A DNA stretch of 56,355 nucleotides, filler included, from Jimgerdemannia flammicorona (taxonomy: Eukaryota): assembly GCA_003990765.1 (NCBI GenBank). It is 3 parts of 3 records of this genome, joined end to end, with 100 filler letters (N's around TTAATTAATTAA, not from the genome) between each part and the next. Parts side by side here need not be neighbours in the genome. Positions count along the whole stretch, not along the records: positions 1 to 18,720 come from RBNJ01002128.1; positions 18,821 to 37,538 come from RBNJ01002129.1; 1 more part is not named here. One strand, given 5' to 3'. The first letter of the stretch is position 1, and each line of letters begins with the position of its first letter. The notes beneath the pieces are model-generated. The model did not search any database, was not told the DNA's origin, and saw only the letters and a list, made by a program, of their open reading frames with translations. The position numbers and the translations under genes were made by a program. Shown piece by piece: positions 12,101 to 23,500 of this stretch.

Positions 12101-14048
12101 AGTTACTCTATCCCACCTTGGCTGCCCAGCGCTAGCCTACATACATACTTAACAAATGGGTCTGCCATCCAACTGCCGCTCTCCCTACCCAACTCTGAGT
12201 CAGAAGTCACCATCTGGCTTATGATACTAGCACCTCAAGTGATACTGCCATCATACCTGGTCTTACCCCAAAGGGCCACTAGATGTGACCCCAGTACCTC
12301 GAGTACCCCTACAGCATGCACCTGGCCTACTGGCTCCTCTCTCCCCAAAGTGGCAAAGTAGTCACCTTGTGATCTCCCTGCTGATCATCACACTATCGCT
12401 GGTCAATCACCTGGCCCGATCGTCACTGCTATCTTGAATCGCACCATCCTGCATCTACCAATCACCAGTTGCTATCACCACATGCATTGCAATCACCTCA
12501 TCCACCTTATTCAATCATCAGCTATACCTTCCAAAATTCTCCAAGCCCCTTCCGAAATCACCTAGTATACCTCTATGCCTTGAGGATGCAGTGAGAGTCC
12601 CCCCCCTGAGTGAAAAAAGCCTAAGGGCCTGACCTATGTCCCCCAGCCCGCTAGAGCATACTAGTGAATAAGATGCTCACTACAATGCCAGTCACGTCAC
12701 CGGATGTAAGACTTCACATCTCCTTAAGAACTTGCCAGTGGCTCACAGAGCCTGCCTTGTACTGTCTGGCCCATGAAACAACAAAACACTTGAATTCTTG
12801 AAAACTGTAGCCTTGAGGTTGGGGCAACTCAACACCATTGGACTCCTCTTCTCTCACCACTTCTGGCACACCCAACCTCGGGACACTGATGGCCCCCCTT
12901 CCCCTGCACCATAGGGATCCAATTTCCACCTGGACCTTTTGACTGGTATCCCTAGCAGCCATATCATATATATGCACCTTCTCCTCTTCTCTCAACACCT
13001 GTTGCAGTTCCATTATCTCCAATCTGACCTGTTCTAACCTCCAATCCTCCACCCCATCAGCAGTAAGCAAACCTGCCCAATCTATATGTAATCTCCTCAG
13101 CCTATTGGAAGTATACCTCATGTGCTTTCTCCTCCATCTCCCCACTTCTCTCCCAGCCCCTCCTCAATAAACCCTTACAGCCTCTTTCAATCTCATCTAA
13201 TGGATACCCACTGACAAACCCTCACACCTCTAGTAGGAAACTTTTGCCTGAATGTCCTTTACCCATGAATCCCACAACCCCTTCTCAGCCAGCAGGGAGG
13301 AGTTAAGGTGCCAATGTCCAGGTCCATCTCCACTCCCCCCAAACTGCCCCTGTCCCAATAGTCCCCAGTAGTCAGACCATGGGCACCATTTCACCTCCAA
13401 AACCTTCCAGACATCAGACCCCCAGCATTCTGCCATCAGAATCCAGTCAATCCTTGTACCTAAGCCATTCACCCAATGCATATAGACCCTGGAGTTGCCC
13501 TATTGCATTCTGCCCATATCTCTTAAGGAGCTCAGCTGCTCTACCTCCTCCTATGTATCCAGGCCTTCACTTCTCCCCCCTGTACTCCACCCACCATCAG
13601 TTCGGTCCAGATGCTGATCCCGAATCATATTAAAGTCCCCCCCAAGCACATCAACCCCTTCCTCCAAGAGAATACCCTCCTCTAGTAGTTCCTTAATTCA
13701 TGCAATCCTCTCACTCCTAACTGCAGGGCAATAGCAAGAGCCAACCCTCACCAACTCCCACTCCAGCTGATGCCAATCTCTCCAGACCAAGCGATCACTC
13801 CAGCTCTCAATACCCCCCAAGTCTCCTCTACCCTTCCTCACCAGAATGGCCACTTTTTCAAACCAAGCAGCAGCCCCACCCCATTCCCTAGTCCACTCAA
13901 CCTGATCATCCTCATTCTCACACCTAACATCCTATAGTAAAAAGAGATTGGCCTCCAATCCCTTGAGTCAATTAAAAATGTTCTTATACCACCCAGATCT
14001 TCTTAGTCCATTCACATTCAAAGAGAAAATGTTGGTTGTACTGTTCAT
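9199..14048 (-). pseudogene. LINE-A copy 2 ORF2 (APE endonuclease + reverse transcriptase), disrupted and interrupted by a nested insert
   Basis: ATG 14048 MNSTTNIFSLNVNGL, VLGGDFN, TRIDWIL, WSDY, LDQKKAYD, VPQGDPLSP, FADD, C-terminal Cys/His motif. Confidence 0.9.
11774..12950 (-). mobile_element. Unclassified poly(A) retroposon 'family C' (~1.18 kb) nested in LINE-A copy 2
   Basis: poly(T) from 11774. TSD CCTAGCAGCCATA(C/T)C at 11759-11773 and 12951-12965. LINE ORF2 reads continuously across the removed insert. Confidence 0.85.
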
Positions 14049-14080
14049 AAGAGAAAAATGTTATATCATAAACTCACCCT

Positions 14081-16101
14081 CTACAATTCTATATCTTGCT
14101 CCTCCTGCAATAAATCCAAGTCATGATTCACAGCTAGTTCCCTCTCACCAGCATTCTGTGCCTCCAACCCTTCCAGAAGTTCTACCATTGCCCCATATTC
14201 TTGCTCCTCAAAGTCCTCACAACATTCCTGATAGGCCTTCTGCCAGAATTGCAAACCATACTGCTCTGCCCAACAGTATGCCGCCCACTCACCAGTGACC
14301 ACCACCAGCTTGGCCCTCCTCATCCCATCAACCTCATATTCCTCCTTCTCCAGGAAAATCAAAAGAATTTCCCCCTTCAGTGCCTCCACCACTCCCTTGC
14401 TATGCAAAATCTGTGCCCAATGCTCCTCAGGCATTACCCACAGGTCCACTTCCCCCAAAGTCTCAGCTGTAAGGTTATCCATCACCTTGCTCATCTACAG
14501 CAAGTTCCCCACCTCCTTCCCTCCTGGAGTCCCTGGCCATCTGATGTCCAATATTGTAATATCAGCCCCTACACTGGTAGCCTCATCCCACTCCTCCTCA
14601 GGGACATCCACCAGCTCATCCTCGCCAACCGCCACCACCTGACCCCCTTTTCCACATCAGGACCCCAAAGTACACTTGCTGGGCCCCCTTCATCAGCATA
14701 TCCTCAGTTGGCCATCTCTTTCCAGCTGGGCCCCTCCTGATAAGAGGGGGGGTCGCATCCAGCTCCAGCTCCCAGACCTCAAAAGTGCTATCAGCAAAGG
14801 GGTCCTTGCTCAGCACCTTTTCAGTTCCTTTCTTGTCTGCCTCTACCTCCCCAATCCCTTTACTTGCCCAAACACTAGCTTTCATACCCCCAGACCCTTC
14901 AGCTCCCACTGTCTTCTACTTTCATACTCACAAGAAGCTCTCTCTGTCTCCTGCGCCCCTGTGCCCACTCCCACTACTTTCTGTCAGTACAGAAGCATTT
15001 CCCATCCACAACCTCCAGATATGTCAACTCCTCATACATCTTTCAGGCCCTTGCCCTCCTCTCTACAGCTCCACTCATCTCCTCCAGCACCTCTAACAAG
15101 TCCTCCTCCTCCTCCTCCTCCTCCTCACTCCCCTTCACCCTCGAAACCTTACAGATGAATGCCCCCCACATCAGCACAGAAGGCCAGTCACTTGCCTTCC
15201 CTGTGGCCTCCTTGCCCACCAGCTGAATCCTGACATCAATGTTACCTGTCCTGATTGTTGTCTCCTCCTACACCTGAAAGCCAATGTCCACCATATCACT
15301 ATACTCAATCATCACCTTCTCTACCCTCTTCCTAGTCTCCTCCTTAGTCACCATGGGCACCCCCTTCACCAGAAGCTGCACCACCCTGGGATCCTATTGC
15401 AGGCACCACACCATAGGGACCACCACCTCCCCAACCATAACTCTAGTCTTCAGTGTCTCATCTAGTGGGCCTGCCTCCTCAAAGCCTACCTCAACCCCCT
15501 CCAGACCCTTCAAGAACTTCACCAAGACCACTCTAGCCACCTGCTTCGAAACAAGCCCCAGAACCATTCTCACCATTACTGCCAAGTCCCAGAAGCACAA
15601 GGTTACCACAAACTCCAAGATCAACTTCTTGAGCAACAGAGTCACCGCCAGCCTCATTATACTATCTGCCAGGTCCCTCTTCTGCATCGGGAGCCTCTGT
15701 CCCACCTGGCCATCAGCTGTCACATCTCTTTTTTTTTCCTGATTCCCTGTCACACTCTCATCAACAGTCACACCCTCAGCCACAGCACCTCCAGCCCCTA
15801 TGCCTGCACTCCTAGCCAGAGCACTACCCCCCCTCCCAAGGCTCACCTTGCCCTTCCCCTCAGCAGCACCAGCCCTAGTACCAGCCGGCCACCTACTCCC
15901 CTTAACCTTGTCCACAAAGCTCAGGAGATCAGATCTTTCCCCATTACCACTGGACACTGGTTCCCCTCCAGAGTCTTCTCCACTCTTTGGCCATCCGAAG
16001 GCCCCCATCCCCAGGCCATAACCCCTCCCCACCTGCTGCCAGTTGAAGGCCCTAGATCCATCTGACCTAGTATATGCACCTGTATTTTCATCACTTTCCA
16101 T
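14081..16101 (-). pseudogene. LINE-A copy 2 ORF1 (disrupted; acidic poly-Glu tract near 15100-15130)
   Basis: ATG at 16101, about 80 bp from the element 5' end. C-terminal part (14081-14494) is homologous to 5329-5740 of copy 1. Confidence 0.7.
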
Positions 16102-16513
16102 GTTGCTAGTCACCTTTCATCAAAGACATTGTCAAAAGTTTTGCCTGAGTCTTGTATCACCTGAATGTTACCAGTGAAAAGTGTTGGCTATATGTCTTTG
16201 AGAGAGGTGGCAGATGGGTCTACAAGAGAGGTTGTTAAGGTGGGAGGGGTTGATGGGGGACTTGCTGACTGGGTGGTGGGTGGGTTAGAGTCCTCAGGGT
16301 GGTAAACATCATCACCTGGTGGAAGAAATATGTAATCAGAGTGGTGGACAGATGGAGATGGTGTTAGACAAAGTGGTCTTTTATCAGGTAGGGGTAGGAG
16401 GGGGGGGCCCCTCTAGGGGGATTGGATAGGGTTGGGCCTTGTGTATTATTTAGATGATAGACAGTGATTTAATAAAGGGAGAAGTCTGAGTAACTATAAA
16501 AAAAAAAAAAAAA

Positions 16514-18076
16514 GGTGGGGGCTTTTGCAGATAACATAGTGGTTGAACTTGGATCAGTAGCAGATGTAGAGGTACTCAAGGATATAGTGGAATGGTATGA
16601 GGCACACTCTGGGGCGAAACTCAACTGGCATAAGTATGAGATAATGGTGCTTGGGAATGGGCTGGTGGGAGGGGACATCATTGGAACAATTGTTCCTATA
16701 TGAGAGGTGGTAAGGTATTTGGGCATCTTCCTTTCTGTATATGGGTCTGTCTTGTTATGAGTATGGTGGGAGATGAGAGTGGACATTTGGGGAGAGGCTC
16801 TTAGAGATTGGGGGGGTCATCATATCTCCCTGGCAGGGTGAGTGTCAATTCTGAATGTCTACTGGTTCTCCAAGCTATAGTATGTGGTCTATCACTAAGA
16901 CTTCCCAGCTTGGGTGGTGAAGAGACTGATGAAACTGGCTAGGGATTGGATTTGGACAGGGAGGAGGTCCCAGATCAGTTGGGATACTCTTGCAATACTG
17001 GTGGTTAGGGGAGAACTAGGTCTTGTGGATTTCCCTAAGCAGCTGCACTGCCTACAGGGAGGAGGTTGGGTACCACTGCTGCAGAAAGTGTGGGAGATGA
17101 GGTTCTCCCCTTGGGGGTCCTCAGGAGATTTGCTCTCTCTGGTGGGCCTAAATGGAAGCTGATGGCTACAGTTTAAGGGCTTCTGGTAGGGGGTAGTGTA
17201 TGGTACACACCAGATAGGACTATGTTGGCAAGGCAATGAGGGGGAAGTATTGTGGGGTCCAGATATATATATAGCAATGAGACAGACTCCTTCTGGGAGG
17301 TATTCCACTTGCTGATTTTGATATTGGTGAGGGAGTGGAGTATCAGCAGGGTCTTGGCCAGGATCTTTGGCCAAGTAGTTGGCAGACTGTGGGGATTGGC
17401 GAGGAGTGGGACTGGGCAGGTATCTGGTCATAGAGTGCTAAGGTGAGATAGTGGCTTCCTCCTAAGTTCTGGGTAGTATGGTAGAGGATGCTGTGGAGGA
17501 ATGTCATGTTGAATTTCCATGCTGGGCATCTTGTGGAGGGCAGCTGGTTAGACTGCAAGAAATGTTATAATGTAGGGCAAGTTGGGGGATTTGTGCAGAC
17601 ATCTGAACATTAGCTGGGGGAGTGTGAGGTCCTGGGGGACTTTTGGATAGCTGTAGGGAATCAGCTGGGTATAGAGAGGAGACCAGATAGAGAGAGAGGT
17701 CACTGGGAGGATTTGAAGTCTCAGCTAGTGGGTGGTGTAGATAATGGTTGGCTTACTGTAGGGTGGGTTTTGGCAGTGTGGGTAGGGCTGGCTGGACATT
17801 GGCTCTTTATTTTTGAGGAGGGGCGGCAGATGAGTTTACAGGAGAGATTGTTAAGATGGGAGGGATTGATGGTGGACCTGCTGACTGGGTGGTGGGTGAG
17901 TTGGAGCCCCCAGGGAGGTAAACATTATTGTCTGGTGGAAGAGATATGCAATCAGAGTGGTGGGCAGGTGGAGATAGTGTTAGACAAAGTGGTCTTTCAT
18001 CGAGTGGGGATAGGAGGGGTCTTGTGTATTATTTAGATAATAGACAGTATTTTAATAAAGGGAGAAATCTGAGTAA

Positions 18077-18131
<55 letters not shown>
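16514..18131 (+). mobile_element. LINE family A copy 3, 3' portion (RT FADD region to poly(A))
   Basis: Starts at GAFADNIVV immediately after the copy 1 poly(A). Colinear with copies 1 and 2. poly(A) 18079-18131. Confidence 0.88.
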
Positions 18132-18133
<2 letters not shown>

Positions 18134-18720
18134 TATCACTCTCAACTTCTTTTGGCGATTTAGCAGGTTGGGCCCTAGTTGTCAGGGGGGGTCAGGGGGC
18201 CTAAGGCTACCTATTTCAGGCATCTTGGCTACACTCAACTGGAACTAGGAGCTGATATGGCAACATGATCAAGGCCTGCAGGCTTGAGTAGTGGGGTATT
18301 GGGGGTCTCCTCCCACCTCATGTGTAAGTCCTTTACTCACCTCGACTGGGAGAACCAGGCCCTACCCTCCCTTTTGTGCTTTGATGAGGGTTTTTTTTTA
18401 CCTGTCATTCCCTTTAAGATGGTAGGGGTTATTCTATTCAGCTCGGGCATGGCCTTGTACATATGTTGGATTCTCGGGTATATGCTTTCAGTTGTTGATA
18501 TATAGCTGGGTTTCCCCTAGTAGTAGGGAGAGCATAGTGCACAGAATGAGGTGCAGGCCAACATAGGCCCTGCTGCACCTAGTATGATCGAGCTGCTAGA
18601 TAATAGCTAGCCTAGGTTAATGGGGGGGCAGTGCTTGATGGGTAGTGGGAGAGGGTTTTGGCCTATATAGTCTAGGTTCCCTTCCAATAAAAATCTATAG
18701 GACATTGAGTCTGTTAAAAA
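18132..18720 (+). mobile_element. 3' portion of poly(A) retroposon 'family B'
   Basis: Reverse complement closely matches 48824-49410. AATAAA near the end and an A-run running into the gap. Confidence 0.8.
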
Positions 18721-18820
18721 NNNNNNNNNNNNNNNNNNNNNNNNNNNNNNNNNNNNNNNNNNNNTTAATTAATTAANNNNNNNNNNNNNNNNNNNNNNNN
18801 NNNNNNNNNNNNNNNNNNNN
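18721..18820. other. Artificial contig-join spacer (N44-TTAATTAATTAA-N44)
   Basis: Six-frame-stop linker at 18765-18776 centred in Ns. Identical structure at 37539-37638. Confidence 0.97.
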
Positions 18821-18827
18821 AACTCAC

Positions 18828-20373
18828 CTCTAGCATTCTCCTCCATCATCGCCCGATCCCCCTCCCTCCCCCTCGTGGCCTCCTCTGCCCTTCTCCTCTC
18901 CCTCTCTGCCTCGGCCTCAGCCCTAGCGAGCGCGTCCCGGACCTCGGCCAGCTCGCGTGTCTGTGTCTCAATCGTCGCCCCGCGCTCGTCCAGCAGCCGC
19001 TCCTGCTGCAGCGTCACCACGTTCTTAAGCTTAATCTTGGAGCGCGCCGCACTCAAGTCGGATTGTAGGCGCTGAATGATCTCGTTGCCCTGGGGGTAGT
19101 AGAGAGAGAGAAAGACGGGGGGGCTGTTTAGTGGCGGGAAGGAGGGTTACGGAAAAAGGGAGAGAGAGAGTGTGTGTGTGTGTGTGAGAATTTGTACCTT
19201 GTTGATCTCTTCCTTAGTTTGGCGGAGAGAGTTCTCGAGGCGGGTGTTCTGGGCTTTGTACATGGCTAGGGACTCTTCCAACTTCGCCTGTAAGAGGTTA
19301 TATGGACATCATTAACACCCTCAACCACAAGCTTTATCCCCAAACCGTCTCCGTCCCCCTTCCCCTCGCCCCTTAGGTCCTCACCTTCTGCTCGCCTGCC
19401 ACCCACTCGTCCCCCTCCCTCTCCCTCCTCTCCCACTCCTTAGCCCTTGTTCTCCACCCCTCAGCCTCCCTCTCCGCGACCCTCTTGGCAGCCCTGCACT
19501 CGGCCGCGTCCTCCCTCGCTGCCCTCGCCTCTCGCTCCAGCGCCTCCAGATCGCGCCGCGCGTCCGACCCGTGGTCCAGGTCCCGCCGCAGCCGCGCGAG
19601 CTCGTCCTGTGCGCGAGAGAGGTCTGAGGCGAGCGAGCGGTTTTGAGAGTTGGCCTCCGCGAGCCGCGTGGTCAGTGTCGTTGTGGTCGTGTCGAGTTGC
19701 GTGCGGAGGGTGTGGATCTCGGACTGGGCGGATGAATTTCGGTGGTTGGTTAGGTTGTGATGGTTGGGCAGTATCACTATGCGGAGCATTAGAAAATTTA
19801 AGAGCAATATACCCATGTAATTACCTTATAGCCATTTACCAAGTCGGCAAGGTTCCGTTTGACTTCGGCGTCGCTGGCGCGCAGCAGGGTGAGCGAGAGG
19901 TAGGTGATGTACTTGAAGCGGTTGGTCTCCATAATCTTGAAGGTTGCGTTCCGGGAGGAAGCCGAGTCGCAGCTGAGCTGAACGAGGAACCTTTTTATTC
20001 CCAGTTAATGTAGATATACGGTTGTGTATTGAGACATCAGTAACTGCGGTAAACGAGTAGACGAGATAGGTTACTTTGGTGACAGGTCATTCTGGCATTT
20101 TGCGCACTCATCAAGCAGTTCGATGAGGTTAAAGGGGAATTGAGCAAAGTCAACGAGGAGGCTCTGGTCGGTCTGAAGGGCGCGGAAGTCGTTCTCGTTG
20201 ATCTCGGCTTGGAAGAGCAGGAGTGGGTCGTCGTCGTCTGTGATGTGTATTGCGATGAGCTTCTTGTTCTGCGAGCGGGTAAGCTGTATTGTTGCCAACA
20301 GACGGTTGTCTGGCTGAGGGAAAGAGGGGTGAGTGTACTGGATGTGTATCTGCTTCGAAAGGAGGGTGTCCAT
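18828..20373 (-). CDS. SAS6: Spindle assembly abnormal protein 6 (centriole cartwheel protein), 3'-truncated by the gap; exons 20373-20075, 19990-19825, 19723-19385, 19287-19198, 19089-18828
   Basis: All introns GT..AG and in phase, 385 codons without stops. SAS-6 head motifs ITDDDDPLLLF, DFRALQTDQSLLVDFAQFP, ETNRFKYITYLSL, then coiled coil with EINKGNEIIQRLQ..SKIKLKNVVTLQQE. Confidence 0.9.
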
Positions 20374-20548
20374 GGGGGGATCCAGGGGGGCCAGGTCCAC
20401 GGGGGGTCCACGGTGCAGGACGCGACTTTTGGGAGGACATCACGTGTGCTTACGTCACGCAAACACAGTCCTTCAAAGCCTCCCTCTCCTCCCTTTCCTC
20501 CCTCCCATCCCTCTCCTCCCTCCCTTCCCTCCCTCCTCCCTCCCCACC
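20374..20548. promoter_or_regulatory. Putative bidirectional promoter between SAS6 and VPS54
   Basis: 175 bp between divergent ATGs. CACGTG (20441-20446), TTACGTCA (20450-20457), ACGCGA (20420-20425), G6 runs and a pyrimidine-rich tract before the VPS54 ATG. Confidence 0.65.
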
Positions 20549-23500
20549 ATGGCTTCATTAAAGAACCTGGCACCCCCACAGCCGCACCAACGCCCGTCCC
20601 CCCTGACCCCCGGTGTCCCCATGGAGAGGAACGTCTCCGGTTCCTCTGCCGTCTCTTCAAACTCCTCTACCACTGACTCGGGCGTCACCGTCACCGTCGA
20701 CCCTCAACCGCACCAGCACCCGCCCGCCAAGAACCGCCCACCCTCCATCAACTCAGTCACCTCACATGGCCGTTCCCTCAACCGCATCATGCACGGCAAC
20801 GTTCGCCGCCAAAGCACCATGTCTGGCTTCTCAACGATGAGCGAAACTTCGCTGCCGTGGACCACCAAGGACATGGGCTTCAACGCGATATCGGGTACGT
20901 GCTACTACCCTATCTCTCGCATTTTTTTTTTCCCTCAATCGAGCCACGTTATATTCTAACCTCCTCTCTGCCCTCCTTCCTCCACAGGCGTCCTAAACGA
21001 TCCCGCGCAACGAACAAACGCCGCTCTCAAACCTACCAAGAACGATATCCCCCCAGTCCCACACGTCCCCATCCGCAAAATCAAGCCCTCCGAGTTCGAC
21101 CAGTACCTCAAGCACATCGCCCCCGTCTTCGACCGCTACAACTACAACAAACTCATCGGCACCGAAGGCACACCACGCCTCGACTCCCCCAACGACTCTC
21201 CCTACGCCTCCGTTCTAAATCTCATCGACAGTGACCCTTCCTCCCATCTCTCCCCGGATTTCCCAGCTCACCGTCGCGAGAGCTCCCGAAACCCGTACGG
21301 CATCCCTGCTTCACCGATCCTCCCTGCCGTCTCAACCGCAATCCCGGACCGTCCGCGACGCAAAGTTTCAGAGAAGGACCCACCCATGATTGAGAACGTG
21401 CCCACCATCTTCTTCGACCCGGAGTTCAACCTCGAGAACCCGCGCACCTTCGACACCGTGTGCGAGGGCGCGGACATCATCGGTAATAGCGGGCCCAATC
21501 CGCCCGTCGCCACAAACAGCATCCTACAGGAGAAGCTATCGCACTACCTTGATACTGTCGAAGTTCACTTGATCCAGGAGATTTCGCGGCGATCCAACTC
21601 CTTCTTCGAGGCCCTATCCAACCTACAGGCGCTCCACCAGGAGACGCTCGACTGCGTCGCCCAGATCCATTCCATCCGGCAGAAGATGAAGCGCATCCAC
21701 AAGTCGCAGGTTCGCCAGGGCCTCGAGGTCGTCCGCCTCAAGCGCCGCCGCCAGAACGTTGGACAGCTCTACAACGGCATTAAGATGGTCCAGGAGATCC
21801 GTTCTTCTCAGCCCATGATCCAGATTCTCCTCGGCCAAGGTGATTACTTCGCCGCACTAGACCTCATCGACGAAGCAAATCGCGTCCTCCAAGGCGGCAC
21901 CGGCGGACCACCTGGCGCACCACCATCCCATGACCACCGCGCAGACCCGCGCGCGTCCATCGACTCTCGTCAATCACTCGACGTCTACTACCACCCATTC
22001 ACACAAGATCCGCGCCAATCCCTCGATGGCCGACCGTCCTTTGACTCACGCCGTTCTCTCGACGGATACGACCCCTCTCTCGATCACGCTCTTGTTCCGC
22101 GAAGCCCGGCCCCCCTCCCATCTCCATCCCCATCTAAACAGGGATTCCAGCTACCGCCGCTCGACCTCCGCGCCGTGCGCGCCCTGCTCAACTTCTCGTC
22201 GCAGCTGAACGAAATGTACCGCGCCATCGGAGTCATGATGCAGCACGATCTCGTCACGGTGCTGCTGGCGGAGCTGCAGCGAGGGTTGGAGACCATGGAT
22301 GTCGCGGCCGCGGTCGGCGAGTTGATGGCTCATAGCCGGGAGGCGAGCGTGCAGGCCCAGATGGCCAAAAGGGATACGCATCATGTTAAAAGGACCGTTA
22401 CCGTCGAGGATGTGAGGGCCGAGGAAAAGTTAAGGGAACGGATTGCCCCCAGTGTGATGGGACTTGTGAGGACCGGGAAGTTGGGGCCCACGTTGCAGGC
22501 GTATAGGGAGAGGCTGATGGTAGAGGTGAAGGAGTTGATTAGGCAGGTGGGTGATGGCGGAGTAGGGATGGAAGGAGAGTTATGATGGGTTGGGTTTGGA
22601 GAGGGAGGGAGGGGAACGCAGTATCAAAAGGGGGTTGTTATGGTACGAGAGAGAGTGCGTCATTTGTGCTATCACGAATTTTCGGCTCGCTTGGTCTCTC
22701 TGTAGCAATATCCGTCATCGATGGTGATGCCGACCGTGGCGGAGCTCGAAGAGCAAGCCGAGGCGGATTTATCCCAGAAGGAGCAGAGGTGAGAAGGCCG
22801 TTTCTATCGCGCCCGCCCTCGTCTCTCGAGATGCACCGCGTCCCTATTGCACCACACTCATTTTTTCCTTTGTTCTTCCCCAGCTCCAAGCTGTCCAAAC
22901 AGCTCAGGAGCATGACCTTCGATTCCTTCTCCAAAATGCTTGTCTCCATCTACGCTGTCCTCCTCGACGCCATGAAACGCATCGCCATCTACCACGAACT
23001 CTTAGTCACCATCATGATCGACGCAGACCGCCATCCCACAGAATCCGTCTCCGTCCCCACCCCCTCCGCCGATACAGACGACGCACCCACCTACGCTGCG
23101 ACCCTTCCGCTCGTCTCTACCACGGCCGCCTACCATAGTCTCGTTACCGAGTCCGCTGAGATCGTCTTCGCTGTCGCCGACCTCGCCCACGTTCGCTGCG
23201 CCAAGCTCGTCGGCGTACGTGCAGATCAGAACGCCCAGCTCAATCCAACAGACTTCTACCGTCTCTTCGGTGTCACATGGAAGTTCGTCGTCGAGGGTGA
23301 GGGACTGTGCGGGCGCACGTGCTATGGTCTCCGCGGGACTATCATGTCCCAGGCCAAGTCGTTCCTCAACCACTTTCATATGGAGAAGATGAAGCAGCAG
23401 ACACTTCTCATAGAGAACGAACAGTGGATACAGGCGGGGGTGCCTATTGACTTTCAGCGCATCGTCGATCGTATCATCGCGTTTGCAAAATCAGAGGGCG

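Larger units (their letters stand above)
9107..16183 (-). mobile_element. LINE family A copy 2, apparently full length (~5.9 kb without nested insert), inserted antisense into copy 1
   Basis: poly(T) 9107-9133. TSD TTGGCT(G/A)TATGTCTTT at 9094-9109 and 16184-16199. ORF1 and ORF2 present. Confidence 0.9.
5318..16513 (+). mobile_element. LINE family A copy 1 (L1/Tx1-like), parts 5318-9109 and 16184-16513, split by copy 2
   Basis: End of ORF1, then ORF2 from ATG 5780 (APE endonuclease NIFSLNING, TRIDWIL, WSDH; RT LDQEKAYD, GVPQGDPLSP, IADD). Resumes at 16184 and ends in poly(A) 16498-16513. Confidence 0.88.

Noticed and set aside
13948..16021. Ser/Pro/Thr-rich plus-strand ORFs
   Set aside because: Antisense of the G-rich LINE ORF1; the C-rich strand has few stops.
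18765..18776. TTAATTAATTAA palindrome within Ns (also 37583-37594)
   Set aside because: Artificial six-frame-stop linker used to join contigs; not biological.
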